NCBI GenBank assembly: GCA_035084275.1 | Contig: CM068749.1 | Location: 14,570,001-14,634,000 of the forward strand | Reading direction: 5' to 3' | Origin: Hydrolagus colliei | Lineage: Eukaryota | DNA: 64,000 nt | Shown here: positions 1 to 11,390 of the stretch, in pieces | Position numbering within the stretch: position 1 is the stretch's first letter | How the letters are laid out: every line of letters starts with the position of its first letter | Notes under the pieces: model-generated | Databases searched by the model: none | What the model was told of the DNA's origin: nothing | What the model saw: only the letters and a program-made list of their open reading frames with translations | Program-made: the position numbers and the translations under genes

Positions 1-1495
1 ACTATCATGCTCATTCCATTCTGTTTGTGGCAAACGATAAGAAGAAACCTCCTAACTACTCCCACAGCCAATAAAGAAGGTTTGGCATTTGTCTCATTCC
101 ACAGAAGAACATGCAGAGGAGTCTGCTGGCCTTTTCACATATGTCCTATTGGAAGAGAAAGCATAGGCAACAACAACATAACATGGGAGGGATTGAAGCA
201 GGAATAAAGGCTTTGTGTCACTCTACCACTATGAAGTCTTAAGAATTGCAACTGCATCTTTCTGCCCTTCTTTTTCAACTACGACAAGGCAAGCGTTTGT
301 GTGCAGCAGGCAAAGTGGTGAAGAGATTTAGTAGCATTGTATTCTTGTGTATTGATTAAATGTATTCACTTCAGTGAGCAGGACAATCAGCAATTGCCTC
401 TAGACTGCATAGTGTGGATATAAATTGTAGAGAATTTTGTCAACAGCAAGTTTAATGATGAAGGAGCTTGAATAGATTAGATATGATGACCTAGGAAGGA
501 TTGGACAGACAATATTCACTTGAATGGTTAGCAGATGAGAATTGATACTAGATCGTGACAGCGAACACAAGAACGTGTGAGTGCATTGGTAGTCCGTTAC
601 TGAATAGACAAGATATCCTTATTATGTAATTTCTCTACCCACCCCCCTAAAACTCTTTAGATTCACTTGGCACGGTTAGGCAGGCGTAGTGTTGACTATT
701 GGTCGGTCAGTCTGTCTGTCTCATAAGTGAGACTTGGCAAAATAGATACTTCTATGTACTCAGCCCCGACAAGCCAAAGTCCTACTGGATAGTTTGTCCT
801 GGCTGGAACAACACCACAAAGTTTGCGGAGCACATTGTGCCATTACTTAATTACATTCTATGAAAATGTTAGCAATCATTTGATTAGGTAGATGTATAGT
901 GTCAAAAATGTTTTTTTTCTCTCTGCCAAGAATGAAGAAATCACTGGAGGAAAACAAATTGGCCCAAAGCTCAGAATGAAACAGTTGCTTAGTAAAGCTT
1001 TTCTGTGTTGTTTCCTTTGTTTATGAGTGACTTCATGCACCTTTATGGATGGGGTGGAAAAAAATAATTGAAGGCTTATGAAGACGTTGAGATAAAGCGT
1101 CTATCAGCAAATTAAAAAAAAATTGATAACCCACAGAAGTGTTTGATCCTGAAGGTTGACATCATGGCCACGTTGCTATGATCGGCAGACTGTAGGGTAG
1201 GTATTGGAAAAGGTTGCGATTAGATGGTCCAACTTCATCTGAACTGATCTAGATCTCTGTTTAACATCACTACTGATGTGGGTCAAAATGGCTGGTTATT
1301 AATGTAGTTGGTCATTAACAAAGTAGGAGCTTAAACAGATCAGCACAATGTGATGAAGAAGATCCAATAAATAAATCAGACTGCCCAAATGATTCCACTC
1401 TGTTAGAGATTAATGGTTCTCAATAAATATTTGGTAATACATCTGATTTAATGTGTGAGATATCATTACTATTGTTTTGTAAGTATAACCTTTAC

Positions 1496-1738
1496 ACATA
1501 GGGTGAGAATGCAGAACTCCCTGTCAGAAGCTGTAGTTGTATGAAGGAATCACAAATTAATTGAAGAGGAAACTTGATACATATATGAGAGACAAGGAGA
1601 CAGAGGGGTGTTGTGGGTGAGGCTAGGGAGGTGGAATTAGATGGGCTGGAGGCTCATGTCGCATATAAACACTGGCACGGACTCATTGGGCTGAATGGCC
1701 TGTTTCAGTGCTGTAGATTCTGCGTAATTCTATATAAT
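1496..1738 (+). mobile_element. Old CR1-type LINE 3' fragment
   Basis: 3' UTR ggcacggactcattgggctgaatggcctgtttcagtgctgtagattct resembles the end of the CR1 copy at 9820-9899. Confidence 0.7.
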
Positions 1739-2294
1739 TACCAGCTTTCTTGTTTTTGGGCCAAATAATTTGCTGCTTTCCCAGAAACTAGCAGATTACT
1801 GAAGCTCCGTGTCAGTGGTTAAAATCTGGCAGGCGAAAGTAGGCAAAATTGAGAATCTTAAATGTTAAAATATATTTCCGGATAATTTAATATAAATTGG
1901 AACAATTATCTGACACCTCTTTTCCTGCCACTGATTTCTAAGTAACTGTTTCCCAGTGGTTCCTGTGTACACCACTCCAGAGTGGCACATTCTGAGTTCA
2001 GTACAACAAGTGTAGCATTATGGAGACACTCGTGTGGAATACACTCTTAGAGATAGGACACAGAGGATCTTCAGAAATCCTACTCCCTCTTCCACTTGGA
2101 TAATCTTCTGGAGGCTAGCTTGAAAGTGGCAATGACAAAAGTCCTGGTGCATTTGTCTCTTTGCCTTCCTGTCTAGTGGTATGACACAGAGTCATGGGAG
2201 AGACAGAGTGTTTTTTTTGTTTTAAAAACAGCATGAAAGACCTCTTTAAAATAAAAAAACAAATCTGCAATAAAACAGAGCGAGTACAACATAG

Positions 2295-2460
2295 CTCATC
2301 GACCACTCCTTCAGTCACCCACCTACCTCTACCCTGCCTGCCCTCCAACCCTCCTGATCCCGGCTCTTGGATCTGGTCAAAATCACTGACTGTCCAGTTA
2401 CTTGGGATGTCCTCCTGACATGAAAGACGCTATACAAATGTAATATATTGTTTATTGTTT
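2295..2460 (+). mobile_element. L2-type LINE 3' tail fragment abutting the exon 10 acceptor
   Basis: cttgggatgtcctcctgacatgaaagacgctatacaaatgtaat matches the tail of the L2 copy at 55405-55465. Confidence 0.75.
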
Positions 2461-2465
2461 TTCAG

Positions 2466-2507
2466 GGTATGCTGATTGAAGGGCCTCCGGGTTCAGCAGG
2501 TCCAGAA
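2466..2507 (+). CDS. COL11A1: Exon 10-equivalent, 42 nt, GMLIEGPPGSAGPE
   Basis: ttcag| ... |gtaaga; minor-helix exon. Confidence 0.93.
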
Positions 2508-3734
2508 GTAAGAACATTTTCTTTTTGCATATAATATTTTATTAATCAAAACAAACTGATCCAAAGTTCATTTTCTAACCGTATTGATTTTGCGAATCCG
2601 GGAGCATGTCTATGAATAAGACCAGCTTTCTGCGGGTAAATGTGTGGCAGTGTTAACTGCTTTCAGAGCCCAGTGTTGCGAGTGTGTGGTCCTGTATTCT
2701 CCTGCTGTCTCAAAGCTATCCTCTAGCTACACAGAGCTCAAACCTGAACATTCCATTAATTACACTCTCCTCATTACCCTGACTGCTGGTGGAATTTCAA
2801 ATTGACTCTTGCACTCAAAATTGAAGGGAAGCATTATGGACTGCCTGGGCTCTTTTAATAGTGAACTGATGCAGTTATACCATGCGTTCTGAATCAGTGA
2901 CACCTTTTAATAGTGTTTGATTCATGTTCAGATCAATCACACACATTGCCGGAGTGATCTGTCAGGATTTGCATGCCTGTCCATCCTGTGCTAGAAATAA
3001 ACTGTGTTTGCGGTGATTGCGAGCAGTGGAACAAAATGTGCCAGGTTTTCACGATCAAAAAAAGATTGAGTAGAAATGGGATCATTGCAGTTTAGTTACA
3101 TTTTACAATTTGCAAACCACTGAAAAATGAGTATGATTGGGAATAGTTTCTGGAAAATGGTGACTTATATGTATGTAGATTCTCCCCATCATTCCATTAT
3201 GTTTTCAATGGAAACTGGATTTTGGCCATGGCGTTCAGGAATTGTACGCCAATGTCTGTAAAATTGATTTTCTTGGAATTCTCCTGCGCTGAACAAGCAG
3301 CTCGAATATCGGAAGAATCAGGCCTTTTAATTTTTTCTGCCAATCATTCGCTAAAAATGAATGACTAATGCTGCTTTTCCCAAACAGCTGTATTTTTTTT
3401 AATGTGAAGGAATGCCTAAAAAGGGTGCGACCTGCGCTGCTATCTTCCAATACGTAGGCTACTCTCTTTTTAAAAATAAAAAAAGTGTTCTCGGTCAGTC
3501 ATATGAAAGGAAAAATAGCTTTTGGGACTTATCTTACTCTCTGAAAAACTGTAAAAACATGTCAAATTCTTTAATATTGATACATAGAAACTCATTATCC
3601 TTGCATGGCTGGACTATTTTGCTCCACTTTATTAGTTTGGAAACCAATATTAGTATTGTGACAGTATGGTGTTGTCAACATGGATGCCCTGAATGGTTTT
3701 AGCAGTAATACATACAACTTCTTTACTATTCTAG

Positions 3735-3797
3735 GGTCTACCGGGTCCCTCAGGTCTCCAAGGCCCCCCTGGTCCTTATGGTGACCCAGGTGCAAGA
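3735..3797 (+). CDS. COL11A1: Exon 11-equivalent, 63 nt, GLPGPSGLQGPPGPYGDPGAR
   Basis: ttctag| ... |gtaagt; Gly-X-Y. Confidence 0.95.
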
Positions 3798-4839
3798 GTA
3801 AGTAGTATTGCATTTTGTTTCTCTCTCAGCTATATTAATGAAATTACAGGAGAGTTTTCTACATGAAAGTATAAAAATGTGGGAAAGTTAGTTACTGACA
3901 GCTGTAGCGCCAGGGGAATAGCAATTATTTTAGTAACAATTGCAGGAGAATGTTTCAATTCATATCTTGTTGGCTAAATCAATGCGCAACAAGCAATTTC
4001 TACTTCACTAGTAGCTGAGTGAGTAACTGACTGAAGTTTGTGGAAAAAGATACGATGATAAATAACTGAACACTAGATGGGAAATTAGTCAATTCAGAAT
4101 AAGGTCGTTGGTTGAACTTACACCTGCTTTTAAGGCATTAAGTAAAATATTTTCTGTGGGTAAAATCAGCTTTATATGAAGAGCAACAGAGGAGTAAACC
4201 TAAATGTACTTACGTAGGTAGTTTTCAGAGTTGTAATGTGCTGTACAGTGTGATTTTCATGCTTTACCTGGTGACCTTGTGCTGCTCAGATATGTACAGA
4301 GGAAAGTATTCAATTTCCCTGGGGCAATAGCCATTAATTCAAGTTGTTCCAAAAGAAATTATTTGACTTTGTGAAAAAAAACTGTTAAGATTTTAAAGTT
4401 ACCCAGATTATATTGTGCCATTAGTGCAAGCAAATACTGTTTATAAAAATACATTGTCAAAGTGCTTTTCTGAGAATGTTGCAATTTAAAAAGCTACATG
4501 TGTGATGTCTTTAAAAGACTTAAAGTTATGTAGAAAATGTCTCGTGCCTGGAATATTTATTTTAGTTTCTACTAAAATGAATAAACTTGGAAAGTTAACG
4601 TGGGTTTAATGTCATCAGCATGGGTTTAATTTCACAAGAGTTTTCTTGTTTTTATAGAGTTCATATACTAATGTATCATCATAAATATGGTTATTATACA
4701 TTCATTTAAACGCCTTAATAATTAGATTTAAAATTTAATAATTAACATTCTGTATTTAATTGGTCATTTTACATTGCATTCAAACGTCCAGAAGTTAAAT
4801 TGCCTCAATGTAAATAATCCTTACATTTGATAGAGTAAC

Positions 4840-5130
4840 ATGCCTCATCATGTTGTTCTATCTCAAAAGCACTTCACATGGTTTACAGGCAAATATGACA
4901 GCCAATTTGCAAACAGCAATGTCCCACAAAAGTCATGAAATTAATGGCTTTTTTTCAGTCTGGGGGAATATTGGTCATTGAGAGAAACTCTCCTCTCTTT
5001 TTGACGATTGCCATAGGATCTTTAACGGGGAGACTGGAGATTGGTTTTGTGTCTCATCCAAAGGACAGCTTCTTCGATAATGCAGCTCTTTGTTGCAGTG
5101 TCAGCCTGAACACTGAGCTCAAAGTCCTGA
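4840..5130 (-). mobile_element. Degenerate Deu-domain SINE
   Basis: cagccaatttgcaaacagcaatgtcccacaaa ... gccataggatctttaac ... gtctcatccaaaggacagc is the reverse complement of the Deu core (AmnSINE1/SacSINE1-like) as I recall it. Confidence 0.65.
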
Positions 5131-5240
5131 CTAATTTGGTATTACAAGATAAAATAAGTTTTAGTTGTTTTAACTGGTTTAAACTCAATTAATTTTGATC
5201 TCCTTCTTGGTCATTCCTGGCAAAATAGGCAAACAAAATA

Positions 5241-5398
5241 CAACAACAACTTCAATTTATATAGCTCCCTCCATGCCGGACGGCGTCTCAGAGCGCTTTA
5301 CAGTAACTACACTATGCAGTAAAATCCTGTGAAACACTTTGAGACGACGCCCTCTCAACATGAAAGGCACTATAAAAAAAATGCAAAGGTTATTATTT
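5241..5398. mobile_element. Two short retroelement 3' tails in inverted, tails-outward arrangement
   Basis: Minus-strand tail (caacaacaac...gagcgctttacag) followed by a plus-strand tail (ctgtgaaacactttgagacg...tgaaaggcactata...tgcaaaggttatt). Confidence 0.65.
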
Positions 5399-5839
5399 CA
5401 TTGAACATCTGCTCCAGGAAGGCTACTCCAAACTATCTGATAAATGGAATGATTTTTTGCTGTGATTTTCTCTGGTCCATTGAATTCTTGGCCAACTCAG
5501 CAAAGCAGAAAATGAATGCAAAGGCCACAGAAGGTGGCATTATGCCCAGCCAGTCTGTGGCACCACATATTGATATTTGTCTGCACTGTACTAGCCTGCT
5601 GATTAAAGTAAAATTGTAGTCCTCTCAGCGGTTGACTTGCAAAAGCTACTGAACAGTGTGAAACTGAGCCATACTAAGGCTAAAAAAAACTAGCAGCCTG
5701 GAAATGGCAAATCCTTGTGACTTTTAATGACTACTATGAGTTTGGGCACCCATTGGACAATCCACCCATCGTAGGATGGTCCAATTAAATGCTGTTTCCA
5801 GGCCGAGAGTTTTTTTTACAGTCCGAGTCTAAATGAAAT

Positions 5840-6130
5840 GACCAGGTCGTTCCTTTCCTCGGTTTGCTGAGTTAACTCGTCTCAGCTGAGTTGGTCGCAG
5901 GTGTGCTGCAATTGGCCTCAACGCGCCTGGGCTTAGGAGAAGCAACTTAGTCAAAGCTGCTCCTCTTCACTATCCAGTGATCTCTGCTGAAAAGTGAGAG
6001 CTTGAGTGAAAACAGGATAAGCTTCAGCTCAAATGCTGGATATCATTGCAAAATGTACTCACTATGTAGGGCAGATGTGTGAAGAATGACTACTCGAGCA
6101 TGGTATTTGAGTGCCCATGACCCCTGTGGT
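5840..6130 (+). mobile_element. Ancient SINE copy (AmnSINE2-like family)
   Basis: tgctgagttaactcgtctcagc ... caattggcctcaacgcgcctgggc ... tatccagtgatctctgctgaaaag; related copies near 14220-14345, 19950-20250 and 28100-28420. Family name from memory. Confidence 0.5.
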
Positions 6131-6683
6131 CTTCACCCCAGCTTGAGTCTGAAGTTTCATGAGATGGAAGTGAGAAAATGAGAAAAAATAAAGTTTGTTG
6201 AGATGGTTTATTTGCAAGAATACAAGTTGGAGGGGAGGAGTTACTGTGTTGAACAATGTGTCTATACTACATTGCATTAAGCAAAGCAGTAAAGGTGGGT
6301 TGCAATAAAATGGCCATTTGATACTTGATGCTTTCAGTACTAAAACACATGGGCGATTCGGAGGAATCGCTGCTACTACAGACGTCAGATGAATTGATGA
6401 TAGTCTGCTGCTATTTCAGTAACTTTCATTCTTGAAGAACGAACTGCTTGTTCAAAGGCTGCAGTTGAGGTGAAGTATGCCAGATGTAAGACACTAAAAC
6501 AAAAAATGCCTGAGGCCTGTCCACATCATTTTACGGTATTTTTGTGGTATTTTATTTTCAAAGAATTTAAGGTGTAAGTAAATGCAGGCACGTGCAGGAA
6601 AATGTAGTGTGCAGGTGCTGAGGACATGCTTCATAGTGACTGATTCTCCTACTCAGACATGCCTTTACCTGGTTCTTTTGTAA

Positions 6684-6896
<213 letters not shown>

Positions 6897-7329
6897 TGAT
6901 GATACAAGATGCACAGCTGGATTAAGGCAAGCTTCTTCAATAAAGTGAATTAAAATGGGTTTTTACTGGATGAGATGGTGGCTGTGCTTTGTTAAGCATA
7001 TTTTCATGTTTTACTTGCTAAAAGAGACCCTATGGTTATTCTTAGTGACCAGTGGGGCATAAGTGACCCTGCTCGGCAAACAAAGCCAAGATTGGGTCTT
7101 AGCAGGTTTGAGGTTGGATGACACCATTGGTCAGACCTGCTGCAAGCCACCAATAACAAGTTATGGTGACCAGGAGTCATGCCCACAGCGCAAGAGATTT
7201 AACAGTGCAATCAATAAACTTGCACAGAAATCAGAGAAAAATGTCAAGCTTAGTCCCAGATGTTAGAGCGAGGTAGAAGAATTTGAATGTCCAAGGCTTG
7301 AAATCTGTCGTGGCTTATATCATAGCTGG

Positions 7330-7570
7330 GCAGTCAAGGATTTGCACCCAAGCTGGGGGCTGGAATCAAGAGGGGTAGAGGAAAGGGGGTTAGGACTGGG
7401 AGGATGACTGAATGTACGGTCAAAGGGAAGGTCTTGAGAGGGAGCGAGGAGGAGGGGCTCCAGGGTGGAGTTTCAGAGGGTAGGAGCAGAAAGGCTGAAG
7501 GCCCGACTGCTGATGGTGGGGCAGGCAGGGTGGAGGACATGGAGTAGACTAATGCCTACCATGCAGGGGG
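7330..7570 (-). mobile_element. L2-type LINE 3' fragment
   Basis: Reverse complement resembles 55170-55390 (gccttcagcctttctgctcctaccctctgaaactcc). Confidence 0.65.
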
Positions 7571-7715
7571 AATGGGCAGGTCAGTGAGCTTTTAATATGT
7601 CACAGCTTCATGAGCAGGTGAATGACAGTTCAAGAGAGTGTTTATTTTGTCCATTTTAAAATGATTTTGATGGATGAGAAAGTGTAGCTATGTTTAGCTC
7701 CAGTCTGCATATGAT

Positions 7716-7785
7716 CAGCGCCTTGGGATGTCCTCTCGACGTGAAAGGCGCTATATAAATGTAAGTTTTGTTTGTTGTTTGTTTG
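7716..7785 (+). mobile_element. L2/SINE 3' tail
   Basis: cagcgccttgggatgtcctctcgacgtgaaaggcgctatataaatgtaagttttgtttgttg. Confidence 0.7.
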
Positions 7786-8993
7786 ATGTAAAAGCAACTT
7801 TTGTATATAATCCACAATCATTTGACCTACGTACCCTTTGCTTGAGTGTAGTATATCAACTACAGTAAACCTCTGAACTATGCTAGCTTTGGGAGACTAG
7901 GAAAAAGTACATTACATCAATGACAATTATATATAATTCATACTCATATATATAGGTCACAGAATAGGTAAATTCTAAATACAATTTCACTTAAAGGCAA
8001 GACACATCTAATTGTTAAATAGATAATAGCAGACAATTAATTATCAGACATTTCCGTGTGGCTGGAGTGAATGGGAATATCAGAGCTAATTCCATTCTAA
8101 GATGAGGAATCAATTTATGCAAATTCCATTGTCCCATAAATCAAGTTGTTTAAGGTAAGTTGTTGAATAGCTCTGATGTGCTTTACAAGGAGGAGATGTA
8201 TTTACAACTTATGCATGCTTAAGGAGAAGGATGTGGGATGAACAGAATAGGGCATCTGTTCCACATTACCCAGGATTTCACAAAACTGCGAATTGCTTGA
8301 GAGACTTCATGAGAGGGCTATTTACTATTGATGCCTGTTTTTACTACATTTCTCATTAATTTGATGAAACTGAATCCAAACTAAAATCGTACTACACATT
8401 GGGTCTGTGCTCAAGCAATTTGAAATATATCTGGATAGGTGACTTTGTCTGTGGATGCTAGAATGGCACCAGCAGTGGGAACCAGAAGTGATAATAAAAA
8501 TAATCATTGCATTTTGATACAGCGCTTTATTGCGTCTTCAAAGCAGTGAATGGAACTAACATAATATCTTGAGTCTGATTTGTGAATCCATCAGTTCATC
8601 TGAGAACTGACTTGTATCCCACAGCAACCACCCCTCCGCCCACCCCCATTAGTACAGGTGTTTGCCTATTTAAGTAGGTGCCACAGAAACCTACATGTTT
8701 GATTTTCTGCTGAAACTCATTCACAATGAGGCAACCAGAAGACACTTTTGTTGAATTCACATCAAACACAGTGCCATTTTAGTGTATTTTTACGAATCCC
8801 AACATTTAACATACTAATCCAAATGATACACAGTATTTTGGCTTTTCAATCATATTAATATGTGGTTTATCTCAGCTGGAAACTCCAAATAAAAACTGTG
8901 AAACCTAATTATTGAAATGCTGGCAAAGTATATTTATTAAAATCAAATTTTAAGTCTATTGAAATGTAAATGGTGTTGGATTCATTATGAATA

Positions 8994-9899
8994 GTTAGGG
9001 AGAATAGTAAACAGTGAGGAGGATAGTAGCCATCTGCAAGAGGATATAGACAAATTGGTAAAGTGGGCAGACACATGGCAGATGAAGTTTAATGCAGAGA
9101 AGTGTGAGGTGATGCATTTTGGGAGAAGAAATGAAGGGAGGCAATATAGGCTAGATAGTACAATTTTAAATGGTGTAAAGGAACAGAGAGATCTGGGGAT
9201 TTGTGTTAGTGACTCGTTGAAGGTGGCAGGACAGGTAGACAAGACTGTTAAGAAGGCATATGGGATACTAGGCTTTATAAATAGGGGTATAGAGTACAAA
9301 AGTCAGGAAGTGCTGACTAACCTCTATAGGACTTTGGTGAGGCCTCAGCTGGAATACTGTGTTCAATTCTGGTCACCACACTACAGAAAGGATGTGAAGG
9401 CATTGGAAAGGGTACAACGAAGATTTACTAGGATGGTGCCAGGATTGAAGGACTTCAGCTATGAGGAGAGGCTAGATAGGCTAGGGTTATTCTCTCTGGA
9501 GCAGAGAAGATTGAGGGGAGACCTAATAGAGGTTTATAAGATCATGAGGGGTTTCGACAGGGCAGATAGAGAAAAACTATTTCCACTCGTGGGTGAATCT
9601 GTGACTCGTGAGTTTCAAGGCACAGTAGAGGGGAGCTGAGGAGAAATTTTTTCACTCAGCGAGTTGTTCGAATCTGGAATGCATTGCCTGAAAAGGTGGG
9701 GGTGGAGGCTGATTCGATAACAACTTTTAAAAGGGAATTAGATCTTTATTTAGGGAGAACGGGTCTATTAGGCTATGGGGAGCGGGCAGGGCAGTGGGAT
9801 TGAATCGCTCTTTTCAAAGAGCCGGCACAGACTAGATGGGCCGAATGGCCTCCTTTTGTGCCGTAAAATTCTATGATTCTATGATTCTATGATTCTATG
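8994..9899 (+). mobile_element. 5'-truncated CR1 LINE (ORF2 C-terminal region plus 3' UTR)
   Basis: ORF 9055-9639 has CR1 ORF2 motifs (WQMKFNAEKCEVMHFG, LYRTLVRPQLEYCVQFWSP, LERVQRRFTRM, RRLRGDLIEVYK). It ends in (ATTCTATG)4, with tatgaata at both junctions. Confidence 0.95.
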
Positions 9900-10389
9900 A
9901 ATAAGATTGGTACTGTGCATTCATTACCATAATAACTGTTGAATCTCCCCCACCCACACACACCAACACCCACATGTACACACACAAACAAAGAATTGGA
10001 GTAACCTTTGAGTTCTGTGTGTGCAGGTTCAAGAATCAAAACCTGGAGATTACATTAGAAAGAGCAAAGTATTCTAGAATTACTGAATATAGAAAAATTA
10101 TTAGTGTTCAAACTTTAATCCCAGTAGATTGAAAAGCAACAGTTTCCACAGTATAGTTGAAAAAAGAATTTCAATAAAAGTAAAAAAGAATGCTGGCAAG
10201 AGACAATGCTTAACAAAATTACTTAAATATAACTATGAACTATATTAAATATATCAATATCAGAATCTTGGTTGTTGGTTTGCAAAATGGCAAGACTTAA
10301 TTACTTAATTATAATAACGATGATAGCTTAACATTGACTAAAAGACTTCACAGGATTTACTTTAAAGTGTAGTAGTGCCTGTGCATTTG

Positions 10390-10650
10390 TCAGTGAACAT
10401 AAATTTTCACACAGCAATATCCCTCAGACAGGCATGAAGTGAATGATCAGTTTTGTCTTGAGATTGTTGGCCAGGAAAATATGAGAAACTTTTCTCTTTT
10501 TTCAATAATGCCACGGGATATTTAATGTTCACCCAAAACAGGCAGAAAATACCTCAATTAAGTGTCTCATCTGAAGGATTGCACTCCCATCAAGGCAGCG
10601 CTCACGTAACCTCATTGTACTGTCAAGTGCTTGAAAGCTCTGACCACTGA
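10390..10650 (-). mobile_element. Degenerate Deu-domain SINE
   Basis: cacacagcaatatccctcagac ... ttggccagga ... tgccacgggatatttaatgttcacc ... gtctcatctgaagga; same family as 4840-5130. Confidence 0.65.
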
Positions 10651-10751
10651 TAAGACAAAGATCATTGAGATATTATTATATTATTTGATGGGGGTTTGAA
10701 TCCTAGCTTATAATTGTGGGTCACCATGTTTTGTCTGTTTGCTTTTTGCAG

Positions 10752-10835
10752 TTCAGATATGGATCAGATGGTCAAAAGGGTCCAGTTGTTTCTGCTCAAG
10801 AAGCACAGGCTCAAGCTATTCTCCAACAGGCCAGG
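10752..10835 (+). CDS. COL11A1: Exon 13-equivalent, 84 nt, NC2 linker [28 protein letters not shown]
   Basis: ttgcag| ... |gtaaga; AQAILQQAR motif typical of type V/XI collagens. Confidence 0.96.
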
Positions 10836-11333
10836 GTAAGAACTCTATCCTTTTCCTGGAGTGGGTCATGATTCCATCACTGATTTGTTCTTGTACACTG
10901 GGGCATATGGAATCACTGACTGCAACAAGTGTAATACAATCAATGACTTGGGAATGGGGCTTCACTGAAGCCAGAACACTTCAGACTTGTCGGCTGTGTA
11001 ATTTGGTAGCACTTTGTATTTTTCTCCTCAGTAAAACCACTGCTTGCCGTCCCTTTCCCTTTTGTAAATAAAAGCTACATTTGAATTTAAAACTGGAAGT
11101 AAAATGAAACATACTGTAGGGTTTTAACCTGTTTTTATGGTTACATTACCTTTAATGGTCTTAAAATGATAACCTAAAATATAGGTTCTCAGAAATATGA
11201 CCAAGGGGTGAAAAAATATAATACGCATTAAACACACACATTGCATTTTTAAACCCTGGATTATTACCAGGTAATCTGCTTTGTTGAAAGGTTTTCATTC
11301 AGATGCATTCTGACTGTTGGTTGTTTTCTTCAG

Positions 11334-11390
11334 ATTGCAATGAGAGGATCATCTGGCCCAATGGGCTTGACTGGAAGATCTGGTCCTGTG
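11334..11390 (+). CDS. COL11A1: Exon 14-equivalent, 57 nt, IAMRGSSGPMGLTGRSGPV (start of major helix)
   Basis: cttcag| ... |gtaagt. Confidence 0.96.

Noticed and set aside
7-207. 66-aa ORF and the other short ORFs of the track
   Set aside because: They show no recognisable homology or splice context. Those containing Gly-X-Y simply overlap collagen exons, and the rest are consistent with random intronic ORFs.
9055-9639. 194-aa ORF as a nested gene
   Set aside because: It is a 5'-truncated CR1 ORF2 fragment lacking the RT core, with a disrupted C-terminus and a CR1 tail.
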